Made by a program: the position numbers and the translations under genes. Shown here one piece after another: positions 1-12,392 of a DNA stretch of 64,000 nucleotides (within the stretch, counting starts at the first letter, position 1; every line of letters starts with the position of its first letter). This DNA comes from Eledone cirrhosa. Taxonomy: Eukaryota. The stretch spans positions 237,398,001-237,462,000 of the forward strand of contig OZ024742.1 in assembly GCA_964016885.1 (NCBI GenBank), read 5' to 3'. The notes beneath the pieces were generated by a model. That model was given only the letters and a program-made list of their open reading frames with translations, did not search any database and had not been told where the DNA came from.

Positions 1-40
1 AGCGGATCATATGGTCATACCAACACAGTCTTCTCTCCTG
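1..40 (-). mobile_element. RTE LINE C-terminal remnant running off the window edge
   Basis: Minus strand reads ERRLCWYDHMIR, matching ERRLRWYGHVMR in the RTE ORF at 33934-35268. Confidence 0.5.
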
Positions 41-689
41 CACAATATATTTTTATTACAGTAATTATTCTTTTATAATTTGAGAATCTAAAGTATGAAT
101 TATACTATAAACATTAGTATATCTTATGGATATTTACAATATAAAGATGGAAAATAAGCATTGAAATGTTATTTCACAACAATGCTTAATATACCCAATT
201 GACAACTACAATGTGTTTTTACATATGTATGAATAACAAACATAACCTTTTATTTTACATGTCCAGTAACTACGTTCACAAGCACATGCTCTTGCTTTCT
301 ACTTATGTACTATGAATCTTATGTAATTCTTGTTTTGCTTTTTGATATTAAACCAATTATTGTTTTTTGTATTTCCTGAAGAGATATGTCTTGGAGTAAA
401 GCACCTATGGAGTTAATTAACTGAGAATGTTTGGTTTTTCTCCACAATTGGTGAATATTTCTGGCTGTATTGAAACATTCATAGATGAATAAACAATAAT
501 ATTAATCCTTGGTCTTACTGAATTTTGAATTATAAATGTTCTGCTACTATAACTATTTGCTCCTGAAGAATGAAGGGTAAAAGACGGCATTGGGCTTAAC
601 TTATTTTACCAATGAAAATATTGTTGTTGTTGTGGTGGTGGTCGTGGTGGTTGTTAATGTTGTTATTGTGGCTGTCACAATCACCTCGC

Positions 690-1107
690 TCACCCATTCT
701 TCAAAAACAATGCAAGAATATTTGAAGAAGGAATTGCCCATGTTTGTCCCTAAAGATATTTGGCCATCTAGCTCACCAGATGTGAATCTGTGTGATTTTT
801 GGCAATGTGGTGCAGTTGAAGCAATATCCAATGCAACTTCTCACAACTGTGTGTCTTCACTGAAGGTGTTGATCAAGTGAGTATTTGGTAAAATGAAAAA
901 GGAAGAAATAGTTAAGGCATGAGAATCATTTTGTAAACAGATTGAACTGGTAAAGAAAGCAAATGGCAGTTACATTGAACTGAAATAAGTGCTAAACAGT
1001 ACACAATAAAGTGGCATAAACATAGAACTTGCAGTGTTTGATTTTTCAGAGTTATACCAATTATAATAAAGATATTCAAATGGTCCCAATTTATCTGTTG
1101 CACCCTA
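690..1107 (+). mobile_element. Tc1/mariner-superfamily transposon 3' remnant
   Basis: ORF 590-880 has HSSKTMQEYL...WPSSSPDVNLCDFW, similar to the WPxxSPDLNPxDY transposase motif; a TIR-like end ...TTGCACCCTATA lies near 1107. Confidence 0.65.
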
Positions 1108-1109
1108 TA

Positions 1110-1831
1110 TCATCATCATCATCGTTTAACGTCCATATTCCACGCTTGCATGAGTCTGGACGGGAGTTTTCCCACTTGAGGCAAGAGTGGTTGTCTTGCT
1201 CGCATAGGACTGTCTGGCGGGTTTTCTATGGCTGGATGCCCTTCCTAACGCCAACCACATTTACAGTGTGGAACTGGGAGGTTTTTACCGTGTTACCTAC
1301 ACGGCCACATTACAGCGTGGACTGTGTGTTTTTTTTGTCGTGACACCTACACGACCTCATTTATTTCGGGCTGGATGTTGTGACACCAACATAACTTTAC
1401 ATTGAAAGGGGTGGTGTGGATGGGGTGTGGGTAGTGGGACGGGGGTGTATTTTGTTAGAGGTGCCTACTGACTGTAGTAGGTTTCACTTTGTACTTAGGT
1501 AAGGCGGGTCTTCTCTATTACTGTGTAGCGCCAAAGATCTCGGTCCAGTGACATTGTCTTGGAGAGGTGTAAGTGTGTGAGGTCGGAATTTATCAAGTCG
1601 TCCCAGGTTTTTCTGGGTCTGCCTACTCCGTGGCTACCGTCTATTTTTATTGCCCTGCACTTTTTTATACAGCTGTCGTCTTTCATGCGCATCACGTGAC
1701 CATACCAACGTAGTCTTCTCTCGAGTAAACATCTGATCCCTCTTATTTCTAATTTCTCCCTTAGTACGTTTATGCTTTGCCGTTCACGTATATTACTATT
1801 ACACTATTACACATCCAGCGGAGCATGCAAG

Positions 1832-1832
<1 letters not shown>
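1110..1832 (-). mobile_element. 5'-truncated RTE LINE (same family as 33541-36397)
   Basis: ORF 1495-1695 and its 3' UTR are near-identical to the end of the RTE at 33541-34265; (GAT)n tail at ~1110; (TA)n at the 5' junction. Confidence 0.9.
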
Positions 1833-1871
<39 letters not shown>

Positions 1872-3409
1872 TCATCATTGTTTAACATCTATCTTCCAAG
1901 CTAGCATGGGTTTATAATAACATTAATAAAGATGCTGATGTTACATACATCATTTCTCCCATGCAATCAAGATGTAATTCATGCATTTGTTGTTGTTATG
2001 AGAACGGTATCCTCAGATGAAATTCGATTTTGTGATATACTACTGGCAGGAAAAAACACATGCCCTTTTGCGCGTGCGTCCAGCAGACATATGAGTTCCT
2101 GAAATATTTATATATATTGTCATCATCATTGTTTTAACATCCACTTTCCCTGTAAGCAGTAAACAAACCATCGGAGTGTCAAGTGAGTTGAAATTCTTAG
2201 ACACTGTAGAAAATCTCGAATGCAGAAAATAAACTTTGAACAGTCATTTTCTCCCAGAGAGGCCAGGAGCCTGCATCTTGCTTACCTACAGTCATATGCC
2301 CTACTGAGTGTATTTGATCATAGCACAAGCACTAGGGAGGTTGTCATGATTTGACACACCTGAATGGCTCGCCCAATCCTTTATTTGGCAAGCTTTACAT
2401 GGTTGGATGCCTTTTCTATCACCAAATGCTTTACAATACGTACTGGGTGTTTAGTGTGTGAGTGTGTGTGTGTATATATATAAATGTATATATATATATA
2501 TATATAAAAGTTTATATACATATTAACTAGACAGAGCTATAGATACATATATATATGTTTTTGGCAACCATTCACGGTGTGGCTCAATGACGAATTAATT
2601 AAATAATTAACAATCAGAACAATATATAAATGTGAATCGCGGATAAAAAGCTTTTATCTATTATTTCTTCATAAGTATATTTTAAACTTATAGCCTCATT
2701 TAAATTGATTTTTTGTGTGGTTGATTATGCTGATTGGGAGAAGAAATACTGTATATATATTTTAGCTAATGATTCTATGGACTTACTTTTTATATATGTA
2801 TATATATATATATATATATAGTTGATTGAAGTTTTTTCCACTCATTATATTTATAATGTAGGAAAAAACTTCAATCAACTATGACAATCCTTGCAATTTC
2901 AAGACTGAAACTCCTTTTGAGGAAAGATCAAAAGTCTGCAAAGGAAAGAACTCTTATAGCCTGAACTGATCCAATGTATTTTTTTTTTTATTTTTAGACA
3001 ATGCAGTGGGAGTAGACCTTATATCTGCATCCTTTAAGGCCTCCATGCTTCCCGAGATCCGCCAACAGAAGAGCTAAAACATACACACATGTACTTCCCT
3101 GACATTTGTGTTTTATTCTATGTACTATATTGACGAGTTGTAGTGCACCTGAGCACTTTACACAATAATTTCATTATTATTATTATTATCTATGTTAATT
3201 TGTTGAAAATAACAAACATGTTTCAATCTTATTAGCTCTTCTCAGTGACGCATATTCAATTAACAAGTAGGCTAGACTAGAAAGTGTGTGAAAACACATT
3301 ATGCAGAACGTCACTCCTCTCCCAGACATTTTCACCTGTACCCTTGTTGACATAATCACCATCTAATTCATTTTCACAATTCCTAAAAACTCACACACAC
3401 ACAGCTGCC

Positions 3410-3990
3410 ACCACCATCACCATCGTTTAACATCCATATTCCACGCTAGCATGGGTTAGACGGTTTTGTTCCATTTGATGCAGGAATGGTCAGGAGACCG
3501 TGTCCTGTTCGTACGGAAGTGTCTCTGGCAGGTTTTTTTACAGCTGGATGCCCTTCCTAACACCAGTCACATTTACAGTGTGGACTGGGAGCCTTTTTAC
3601 CATGTCTCCTACGTGGCCCCTTACAGTGTGGACTGTTGTGTCATCGACACAGTGGACGGAACAGGAAAGGGAGGTTGGGGTAGGGTGTGTGGGGTGGTGT
3701 GTACATTGGGTTAAGAGGTGCCTACTGACTGTATGTATATATAATATGTTACATACATATTATATCATCATCATCATCATCATCCTCCTCGTTTAACGTC
3801 CATCTTCCACGCTTGCATGGGTTTGGACGTGAGTTTTCCCACTTGAGGCAAGAGTGGTTGTCTTGCTCGTATAGGACTGTCTGGCAGGTTTTCCACGGCT
3901 GGATGCCCTTCCTAACACCAACCACGTTTACAGTGTGGACTGGGAGGTTTTTACCGTGTTACCTACACGGCCACATTACAGCGTGGACAT
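3410..3990 (-). mobile_element. Two RTE 3'-UTR/SINE-like fragments with (CAT)n tails
   Basis: catcatcgtttaac...gctggatgcccttcctaac...ttacagtgtggact modules at ~3410-3735 and ~3765-3987, matching the RTE 3' UTR. Confidence 0.8.
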
Positions 3991-4179
3991 AATATATATA
4001 CATAATATTTAAATATATATTATATACATGTGGTTAGAGTGAGTGACAGAATCATTAAATTAGATTGATCCTAGATAAAACAACAGTGGCAATTATATTT
4101 GCATATGCACCATAATCATTACTGGCAGAGGAACTGAAAGACTACCTCTAGGAGTCCCTTACGTAGACTACAAGGGATG

Positions 4180-4985
4180 GTAACTTTATAATCATGCCTG
4201 ATGATTTTAATAAACATGTTGGGCAATGCATCGATGGCTTCTATGGTGTCCACAGAAGCTACAGGAATGGTACAAGAAATGAAAAAGGATCAACACTCCT
4301 GGAGTTTTGTGATGCTAATGATCTATCTGCTACAGGAACTTCATTGAAGGTGATGGAAGGTGACATGGTGGAACAATAACAGGGTGGGTGACATGATCAA
4401 AAATAAGAAACAGGCATGAAAAAACTGGAAAAATTGTGTAAGCAGGGAAGAGTATCAAAAAGCTAAAAAGTGAGAAAGTAGAAAATAAGAAGTGTGTGTA
4501 TGTACTGCATCATGAGAATCGAACATGTGAGATATTCAAGATTGCTAGGCAGTGTGTGAGGTAAAATAAAATTGTTGGGGAAGAGTGCATCCAATATGAC
4601 AGTGGCGCATATGCCCTCATTAATGTTGTGAAGAAAGAAACATAGTAGTACTATTGTGAGAGACTGTTAACCCTTTAGCATTTACATTACTCTATATTTA
4701 CTATTGTATTTTCATGGTAGACACTTTATTTCACATAATTATCTCACATAATATCGAATCTATGAGATTTTGATATTATTTATTTTGAAAACAACACCTT
4801 AACATGGGAGGAAGATGGATCAAGTAGATTCAAGAGAGGGACCAGCTATTCAAGTTACAGCAGAATGGTAACTAAGGCAATTAAAGATATGAAGACAGGT
4901 AAAGCAGCAAGATCATCAGGGATAGTTACTGAGATGCTGAATGCTAACTGTATGTATAGTAAATCAAGTAATATAAGATGATGTC
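4180..4985 (+). mobile_element. Decayed RTE LINE, 5' part (host of the LTR element)
   Basis: DFNKHVG...GTRNEKGSTLLEFCDANDL (APE endonuclease) and later AIKDMKTGKAA; homology resumes after the LTR element. Confidence 0.8.
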
Positions 4986-4990
4986 ATACC

Positions 4991-5234
4991 TGTAATGAGA
5001 AAGTTACTGCACTTACCGCAATTCTGCTAGCTCACTCTGCGAACTAGGCTCATCCACGTGGGTATAATCCATTCGCCAAGTTGCAGCTCGCAATTCCCAC
5101 CTCTGTCCGTCGCGGGTCACAGCCGAAAGAGGGCCCCCGGATGCTCCTGGGTACACATCTCACGTCACTTCCTCCTCCGGTCGATCGTCCCCAGCTTCCG
5201 GTTACCTGCTCCACACCACCACACCATCCCCACA
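4991..5234 (-). repeat. 3' LTR; polypurine tract (minus-strand GATCAGGGGGGCA) immediately upstream at ~5235-5247
   Basis: Direct repeat of 8652-8894 with scattered substitutions and indels. Confidence 0.95.
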
Positions 5235-5255
5235 TGCCCCCCCTGATCTCAAGGA

Positions 5256-8200
5256 TCAATCTCCCCCCTCACACTGCTGCATGTGATAATCTGCCGTCCA
5301 GCCAGGCGGTCGGCGATCTCTGTAATGTTGGGGCAGCGCTTTGGATTTCCTCTTCCTCGGAGTCCGTCGACACAACGACTCTACGGACATCCAGGATATG
5401 ACGTGGCACTCCGTCCACGGACATGTTATGTTATTCTGGGAATTTACGGCCGTTACCATTCCTTTTCCCCATTGAGATGTGCAACGTGTGTCTGGGGGCT
5501 TAACCCAGACTTCTTCGCCCACCTGTACGAATGCGTTCTCTCTCTCCACTGGCCGTTGTGGTACAGTGCACGGGTGCCGCCACTTGTATCTGTATATTGC
5601 TCTGTCTGGAACCGATTCCTCAGCCTGTCCCATTCCAGGGGACATGTTGTACCAAAACACTGACTCCATTGGTGAGATGTGCCCCCGCTCCGCCATTGCT
5701 TTGATTGTGCAGTTGGGTCGCTCCACGATTCCATTTCCGCTTGGCCTGTATGCTGCTCTGAAGAAGCGATCCACCTTCGACCCATCAAGCATCTCCCTCA
5801 GTGCCTCTGAGCGGAACGCTGCGCTGTTGTCCATCAGCAGTTCATCCACAGGGCCCCGCTCTAAGAATATCTCTCTCAACGTCCGTGTGATTTCCTCCGC
5901 AGTTCCCGTCTTCATTTCCCTCCATATCGCCATCTGTCCTGGTCCACAGTCAACCATCGGGAGGTATGTTCCCTGTTGGTAGTGTGTTACGTCCTCCGCC
6001 AATCGCGATCCACCGGGAGACTTCCCGTCTCGTGCACACCCGGGGCGGGATCGATAAACTGACATCGGACGCAGCCTCTGACCACTCTCTGGACACTGTG
6101 TCTGTTAATGTCCGAGTCGATTCTCCTGGCTAGGAACAGAATCCTATCCACTCCCATGTGGTGCATGTAATGCAACCCTTTAAGTTCCGACTCGCTCAGC
6201 CGACACACAGCAGCTATCCCCTCTTCTACATCCTCCGGTGCTTCCATCCAGGCTTTCTTCACTCTGGTTAGAACGTCTGCTCTATTTTTGTCTGAGGGCA
6301 CAAAGACCACACTCAACCTCAGGTCGAACTCGGCGGCCAGTTCCTAGGTGGCGCTTTATCAACATTTCCACTGCCCCTCTCGTTTGCACTCTCTTCTCAC
6401 TGGTAAGTACTGATCTCACCCATCTGAGTATAGTGGCTGTGTCGGTGCGAATCTCAATGGTGTGCAGGCCCCACCTCAAGGTGAGGTTCACCCCTCTCAA
6501 CACTGCGTCCAGCTCAGCCACATTGATGTGGTTGCAATCATCCTTCTTCCTGAGCCAGGCTGCATCCTCGACCTCGATACCTCCTATCTCCAGCGTGACA
6601 CCTAGCGCTATGCTACTGGCATCACACCCCATACTGTCCCGCTCTGTGATTCGGGGACATACCAGCGTCCTCACCCTCCCCACGATCTCCTGCATCATGG
6701 CCACCGTCCTCTCTCCCACTTTGTCACTCCAAGTCACGCTGTCCGCTCGTCTCTTGACATAGCTGCATACCGTCCGGAGCCACCCAGCGATTGGGTAGTG
6801 ACCCACCAATTTTCCACACACCGAGAAGAGTTCCCGTCTATTCATATTTGGGCCCAGTTCCGGGACTTCATTTCCCCTCCAAAATACTAACGTGTCCGTC
6901 TTGTCTCTTCGCAGCCTAAGTCCCAGCGCAACTCCTCCCTCCAATGCCTCCGACAGCTTCGCAGTAAATCCAAACCCTTGTAAATGGCTCGTGACCTCTG
7001 CCGCCGACACTACAGTCTCGTCCACTAGGATGTCGTTGATGTAGGAATTAGTGGCCCTCTTCATCTTGTTGGCCTTTCTCAGAATGATCTTGTGGACCGG
7101 CGCCATGATCTTCGGTGCAGAGTTCAGCCCGAAGCCGAGGCTGGTCAGGCAATATGTCCGGCCCTTATACCTGACCAGCTGATACTGCCACAGCTTCTCA
7201 TCTATGTGTAGCTGTAGATATGCCCACTTTAAATCGACGATCATGGAAGCCCCCGTTATACGTCTTCACTCACGCAGGGTTTCCCCGCAGACATCCGTGA
7301 CCTCGCCACCCGTGTGGCATGACACGTGCTCATTCAGCTGCCAAAAATCCAATACCGGTCTCACCTTGTTCTTCATAGGTTGTGCCACCGCCATCAACGG
7401 CAGTACCCCACACTACACCTCCTCTTTCCAGGGAAGCGGTATGCCCTCCTCGATCCATCTCTCTACCTCTCGCTCAAACTCACTCCTAGTGTCTCCTTTC
7501 AATGTGTGCTGATAGCAGCCCACTTTGTTCTTCAGTGTTGGTGGTTCTCCCTTCCAGTACCACTCAACAACCATCGTTACCCGTCGACAACAGACATGAA
7601 GTCCTTATCCAGTACAGTGTAAGCGGTATATTTTTCCTCGTCAGCCATCTCATTCTCCTGTCGCGTACTCACTGCGCATACAGGTGCGGCGCCGACATCG
7701 TTCACTGTGATGCCTCCTAAATGGCCAATCGCGTCCATGCCCATAACTACACCGATTCCATCCACCACGCAGTCGACCACAATGGCCGATAGCCTTATTT
7801 TCTTTCCCCGTACCACCATCTCCACCTCGACATTCAATCTTCCTACCGTCGACTGCCTTTACGCTACTCTTCCCTCTCCACTTCTGCACCACCCCCATGG
7901 TCACTAGTGTCGTCGTACAGCCCTTGTCCACGAGGGCTCGTAATGGCTTTCCCCTCACAAAGACTTTCACCACGGGCAGCATCTCTGCTCGTAAGGGGTA
8001 GCTACTAGCGCAGTAGCCCCCCTTGGACCATTTCCCTAGTCGCAACTGGTAGCGATGTGGCCTGGCCGCTTACACCAGTAGCATGTCTGGCCTTGACTCT
8101 CTACAGTCTCTCGCCATGTGCACGCCCTTTCACCTAAAACAACGACCTCTAAACGTTCGCAGCCAACTGCGTGCCGTGTTTGTCTCCCTTTCACCATTTC

Positions 8201-8512
8201 GCTGTCAGCTGCCCCGGGCCTCCGTCGCTGCTATTTCCGCAACACTATTCTTGGCATCCTCTGCTATGAGGCGAGCTTGCTCTACCAGTGCACATATCTC
8301 CATTTCCTTGTAGCCAGGTATTTGCTGCAGTTTCACCGTGATGTCATCCGGAAATCCGTTTATGAACGCCAACCGCACAGCATGTTCGCATTCCACCTGA
8401 AACCTAGCCTTTGCTGCAAAAATATCCATACGCTACATCGTCTCTCTTTTGTAGCTCAGCGACCAGCCGAACCTTTCGCATCCAGGCGACGTCACCTTCA
8501 CCGGTAAAAGCT
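5256..8512 (-). pseudogene. gag-pol of the LTR element, disrupted by frameshifts and stops
   Basis: Successive ORF fragments 8404-8637, 8205-8429, 7650-8045, 7577-7837, 6282-7244, 5987-6316 and 5256-6065; catalytic motifs mutated (DKG, YIND). Confidence 0.9.
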
Positions 8513-8639
8513 CTAATTACTTCTCCACTCATCCGTAATCTCCTTAGTCCTGCGGTAAGTAACAAACAACAGAATCCTCTCTGTTTTCCAGTAGCTTTGT
8601 CTTTAAAAAAAATTCTTCTTTTTTTCCCTTTTTTCAATT

Positions 8640-8651
8640 GCCGAAATAGCT
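8640..8651 (-). other. Putative primer-binding site complementary to nt 1-12 of tRNA-Phe
   Basis: + strand GCCGAAATAGCT abuts the LTR end at 8652; this is the 5' end of the conserved animal tRNA-Phe(GAA). Confidence 0.75.
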
Positions 8652-8894
8652 TGTAATGAGAAAGCTACTGCACTTACCGCAATTCTGCTAGCTCACTCAG
8701 CGAGCTAGGCTCATCCACGTGGGTATAATCTGTTTGCCAAGTTGCAGCTCGCAATTCGCACCTATGACCATCGCGGGTCAAGCCGAAAGAGGGACCCTGG
8801 ATGCTCCTGGGTACGCATCTCACGTCACTTCCGCCTCCGGTCGATCGTCCCCAGCTTCCAGTCACCTCCTCCACACCACCACACCATCCCCACA
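8652..8894 (-). repeat. 5' LTR
   Basis: TGTAATGAG...CCCCACA, a direct repeat of 4991-5234, followed by TSD ATACC. Confidence 0.95.
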
Positions 8895-8899
8895 ATACC

Positions 8900-9620
8900 T
8901 AATGTCTGATGTAGCAGCAGCATCATTAATTACTACAAGAGCAAAGAAAATGTACAAGACAGAGGAATCTATAGAGACATCAAGTATCAACTTGACCAAG
9001 TCATGAAAGTTACTAAAAGTGTTATATAGCACAGCTGATTAGGGATTCAGTCAACCTAGACGAGTTGCAGTACAGTTTGTACCTGGTCAAGGCACCACAG
9101 ATGCCCTCTTCACTGCCCTTACTTCAAAACTAAAAGTAAGCCTCTCTACCTAGCATTTAATTGCCTGAAAAAAAAAAATTAACAGGGTTTTCTATTACAT
9201 AATCTGGGGGCTCTTAGAAAACTAAGGATAAAGGAAAACTTATAAAGAGGTGCAGTCAGTAAGGTTAGAGTTAACAATGAATATAGCAACGGATATAGTA
9301 TGCAAGTGCGTGTCCACCAGGGACCTGTCGTCAGCCACCTCCTGTTTATTATTGCCCTCCAAGAGTAGACTGTGGTGGAATGAACATGTGATACATATGG
9401 ATGATAATGACTGTGTGAAGAAATGCCAAGAAATCTCTGTGGAACGATGCCACAGGAAGACCGAGGGAGACCTGGGTAAAGCTGGTGTGAGGTGATCTCA
9501 AATCGCTGAAGCTCCAGAGATGACGTAGAAGCATGACAAGTAGAAGGAAGGATGCTGTGTTGGAAAAGACCCGTGAAACCCGTTCAAGCAAGGAAAAGCA
9601 GACATAAAACAGTGATGATA
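8900..9620 (+). mobile_element. Decayed RTE LINE, 3' part
   Basis: Continues the RTE homology after the LTR TSD (...FVPGQGTTDALF..., VHQG, HMDDNDCVKKC). Confidence 0.75.
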
Positions 9621-9736
9621 TCTTTGTGTCTATATCATACATACTACATATAACATATATATGTATGCGTATATACGTGCGCATGTGTAATACACACACA
9701 AGCACATATATATATACACACACACACATACACACA

Positions 9737-9800
<64 letters not shown>

Positions 9801-10086
9801 CGGCTGAGGCCGCCACATGACTAGAACTTTTTATTCGCATGAAATCATCAGATTATTGATGATTTCATACGAATGAATAAGTTCTAGTCCTATAGAAGCC
9901 ATTTCTATACTGAGTACCTTAATACGAGAGAGAGAGACAGAGAGGTTTTATTTATTCGGTCTTTCTTTCTCCGGAAGCATCAAAACTCCCCGTTTTTAAC
10001 ACTGTGAAATTAAAAGAATATCGACTGTAAAATATTTAAACCTACATCAAAGCGAAAGAAAAATGTTAATTTTAAAATTGCACTGA

Positions 10087-10118
<32 letters not shown>

Positions 10119-12131
10119 ATGTTATATATATTAACTTGTGTGTGTAGTGGATCTACCCTGAACTTGTACTAGTCATTTAAGTTCAATCTGACATACAGCT
10201 GGAGTAATCTAGATTCAAAAATAAAAAATAAACAACAATTGTTTAAAACCAACTATATAAAAAGAAAATGACTGAAATATTTTCTCATAACCTCCTTTTT
10301 AATAACTTTGAGAATAATATGAACGGTGTGTCTGTTGTAAATAATTGTGAGATTGTTTTACTTACTTAAGTTAATTTAGGCTGCCATGGGAAATATTTCA
10401 GACGAGATAATAACTTTAAAACTAAACCTCGTTGTTAGGCAACAACAAAACATACATTTTTACAGCCGCCCATAATAAACAACTTGTGTTTATTTAAATT
10501 GTAGCCTTATTGTAACAAAACTATAATTATTTGTATTATTTTAAAGTATTTATAAGGGATACATTTGTATGAAGAATATTAAAAGAAAAAATATTAAACT
10601 ACAATATTTATAGAGATAGATTCGTATTATTTATTTTAGATACACATCGATATCATTTATCTCACTGGTTAATGGCAATTTATTTATATCTATCCTGTTA
10701 CATTTTAACTAAAAATATGGAAATGTTTATATATAACAATATATTACACTGTTCTTTTACCACTTCTCTTAATTCACAGCTTTTCTAAAGTTAACAGCAA
10801 CCTTTCGGCATTGAATTGTCTAAAATGATTCTGGCATTATTCTTTGTCGCTGCGACATGTATCCATGATTTGAATCCAGGAAAGAAAGCCACATTTTATT
10901 TCAATCTTTGGAAACGTAAAAAAAGAAGAAAATATAAAAATATAATAAAAACACTAAAAATAGTTAAATTCCTGTTCAAAATCTCCCTTTCCTTGCCAAA
11001 AGAGTTATTTTTTTCTGTGATGTTATTTTTATTCTCGTGTACATAGGATCAGTTTACATGTTTGGTTAAGCATTTTTACAATTTGATTATAGGCAAAATA
11101 TTTCGTTGCAATTGACGTTCGCAAATGTCATAACCCAGTTTCGATTCCAACTTAGCACCAGTTTACTTTGCGTACGGCACTAATGTCACCATGGAAGACG
11201 TGGACGAAATCTTAAGTGTCAATTTCTCTATTACGTTGGTTCCGTAACTTATTTTGTTGCGGAGCCATTATACAACCATCCAAGGACCGCATTAATCGGC
11301 ATGCTCAGCCAGACCTGATCTGGGTTTAAATAATACTTCCAGTAGCGAATTTTGAGTCGTTAGAGCGTTGGACAGAACCCTTCACGGTATTCGTCCCTAG
11401 TTACGGAGTTCAAATCCCGTCGAGATCAACTATACTTTTCATCCTTTCTGGGGTTGATAACCTAATGTACCAGCCTCGTGTTAGAGCATCTGAGGAGGTA
11501 ACTTGTGATATTTGTTCCAGTTAGTTGCGTTCTAAGTTAGAATCCGCTGTGGCCTGTTTAGGCGATTGACGTAATCCATTGTCCGATTTAACATTACCAT
11601 CTGGCCCTTGGACGCTTTTTATAGAGTTCATTTTGTTACAAGCATTCAGAACAAGGCTCAGGTTTCTTAGAGCCCCTGAAAAGTAGGATGGGCATTGCCT
11701 TTTCCTCTTCAACATTTAAAAAAGATAGAGGTAACTTACGCCAAGTTTGATTAATAAGTAAGCAATTTAGGCACTACAACGCTATTAGCTGTCAGTCGAA
11801 GCAGCCGATGAAAGCAAAACATCGTTTATTTCCGTATTACTACCATGCGTAAATGGAGTTAATTAAATGAATTTTTTTTTTTCACGCGTTTTTTTATTTA
11901 TTTATTTTTTTTTTATTAAAGCATATAGATGTAAGTGGAGTTACTTAAATGAAAATATAGGTGACCCTTAAAAGGGCCAAATTAGAATATACCGCTGCGT
12001 TTTTACAGTTTTACTAGTTACACATACACACACATATGTATATATTTACACACGGTGTCCCCTCCAAAATATATACAAACTTTGATTACTTTGCTGTTGA
12101 AGTGTGTATATATTTTTTGGGACACTGTGTT

Positions 12132-12165
<34 letters not shown>

Positions 12166-12324
12166 GGTAAGGGAGAAATTTTGGGATGCTATACCTGACA
12201 TAATAAAAAACCAAAATACACCCCCTAACATATCAATCACGAGAGTAGATAAATAAATATATAAATACATAAATAAGAAATGATAGAAAAGGAAAAGAAA
12301 ATCCCTACATTATGTAATATTCCC

Positions 12325-12392
12325 GGGGTCGATAAAATAAAGTACCAGTAATGCACTGAGTAATTGCTGGCCTTGTGCCAAAAGTAGAAACA
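12325..12392 (+). mobile_element. 5'-truncated SINE (family A) with 16-bp TSD
   Basis: ATTATGTAATATTCCC at 12309-12324 and 12393-12408 flanks ggggtcgataaaataaagtaccag...gtagaaaca. Confidence 0.85.

Larger units (their letters stand above)
4991..8894 (-). mobile_element. Compact full-length LTR retrotransposon (gag-PR-RT-RH-IN order), decayed
   Basis: Two ~243-bp LTRs with TG...CA ends (4991-5234, 8652-8894); 5-bp TSD ATACC (4986-4990, 8895-8899). Minus-strand ORF pieces give CCHC knuckle CYWCKRPGHIATSC, protease ALVD(K)GC, RT DLKWAY...LGFGLNSAP...YIND, RNase H CDAS...HINVAEL...RTD, and integrase HH-CC plus D,D,E (DVTHY, MDNS, NGIVER). Confidence 0.95.

Noticed and set aside
8639-8646. TGCCGAAA as a remnant of a canonical tRNA-Phe 3'-end PBS (TGGTGCCGAAACC)
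   Set aside because: It is on the wrong strand for a minus-strand element, lacks TGG, and the match continues into TAGCT, which is tRNA 5' sequence.
9349-9840. ORFs with YIYIYI/CVCV runs (also near 12046-13066, 14976-15212, 53258-53646)
   Set aside because: Translations of (TA)n and (CA)n microsatellites.
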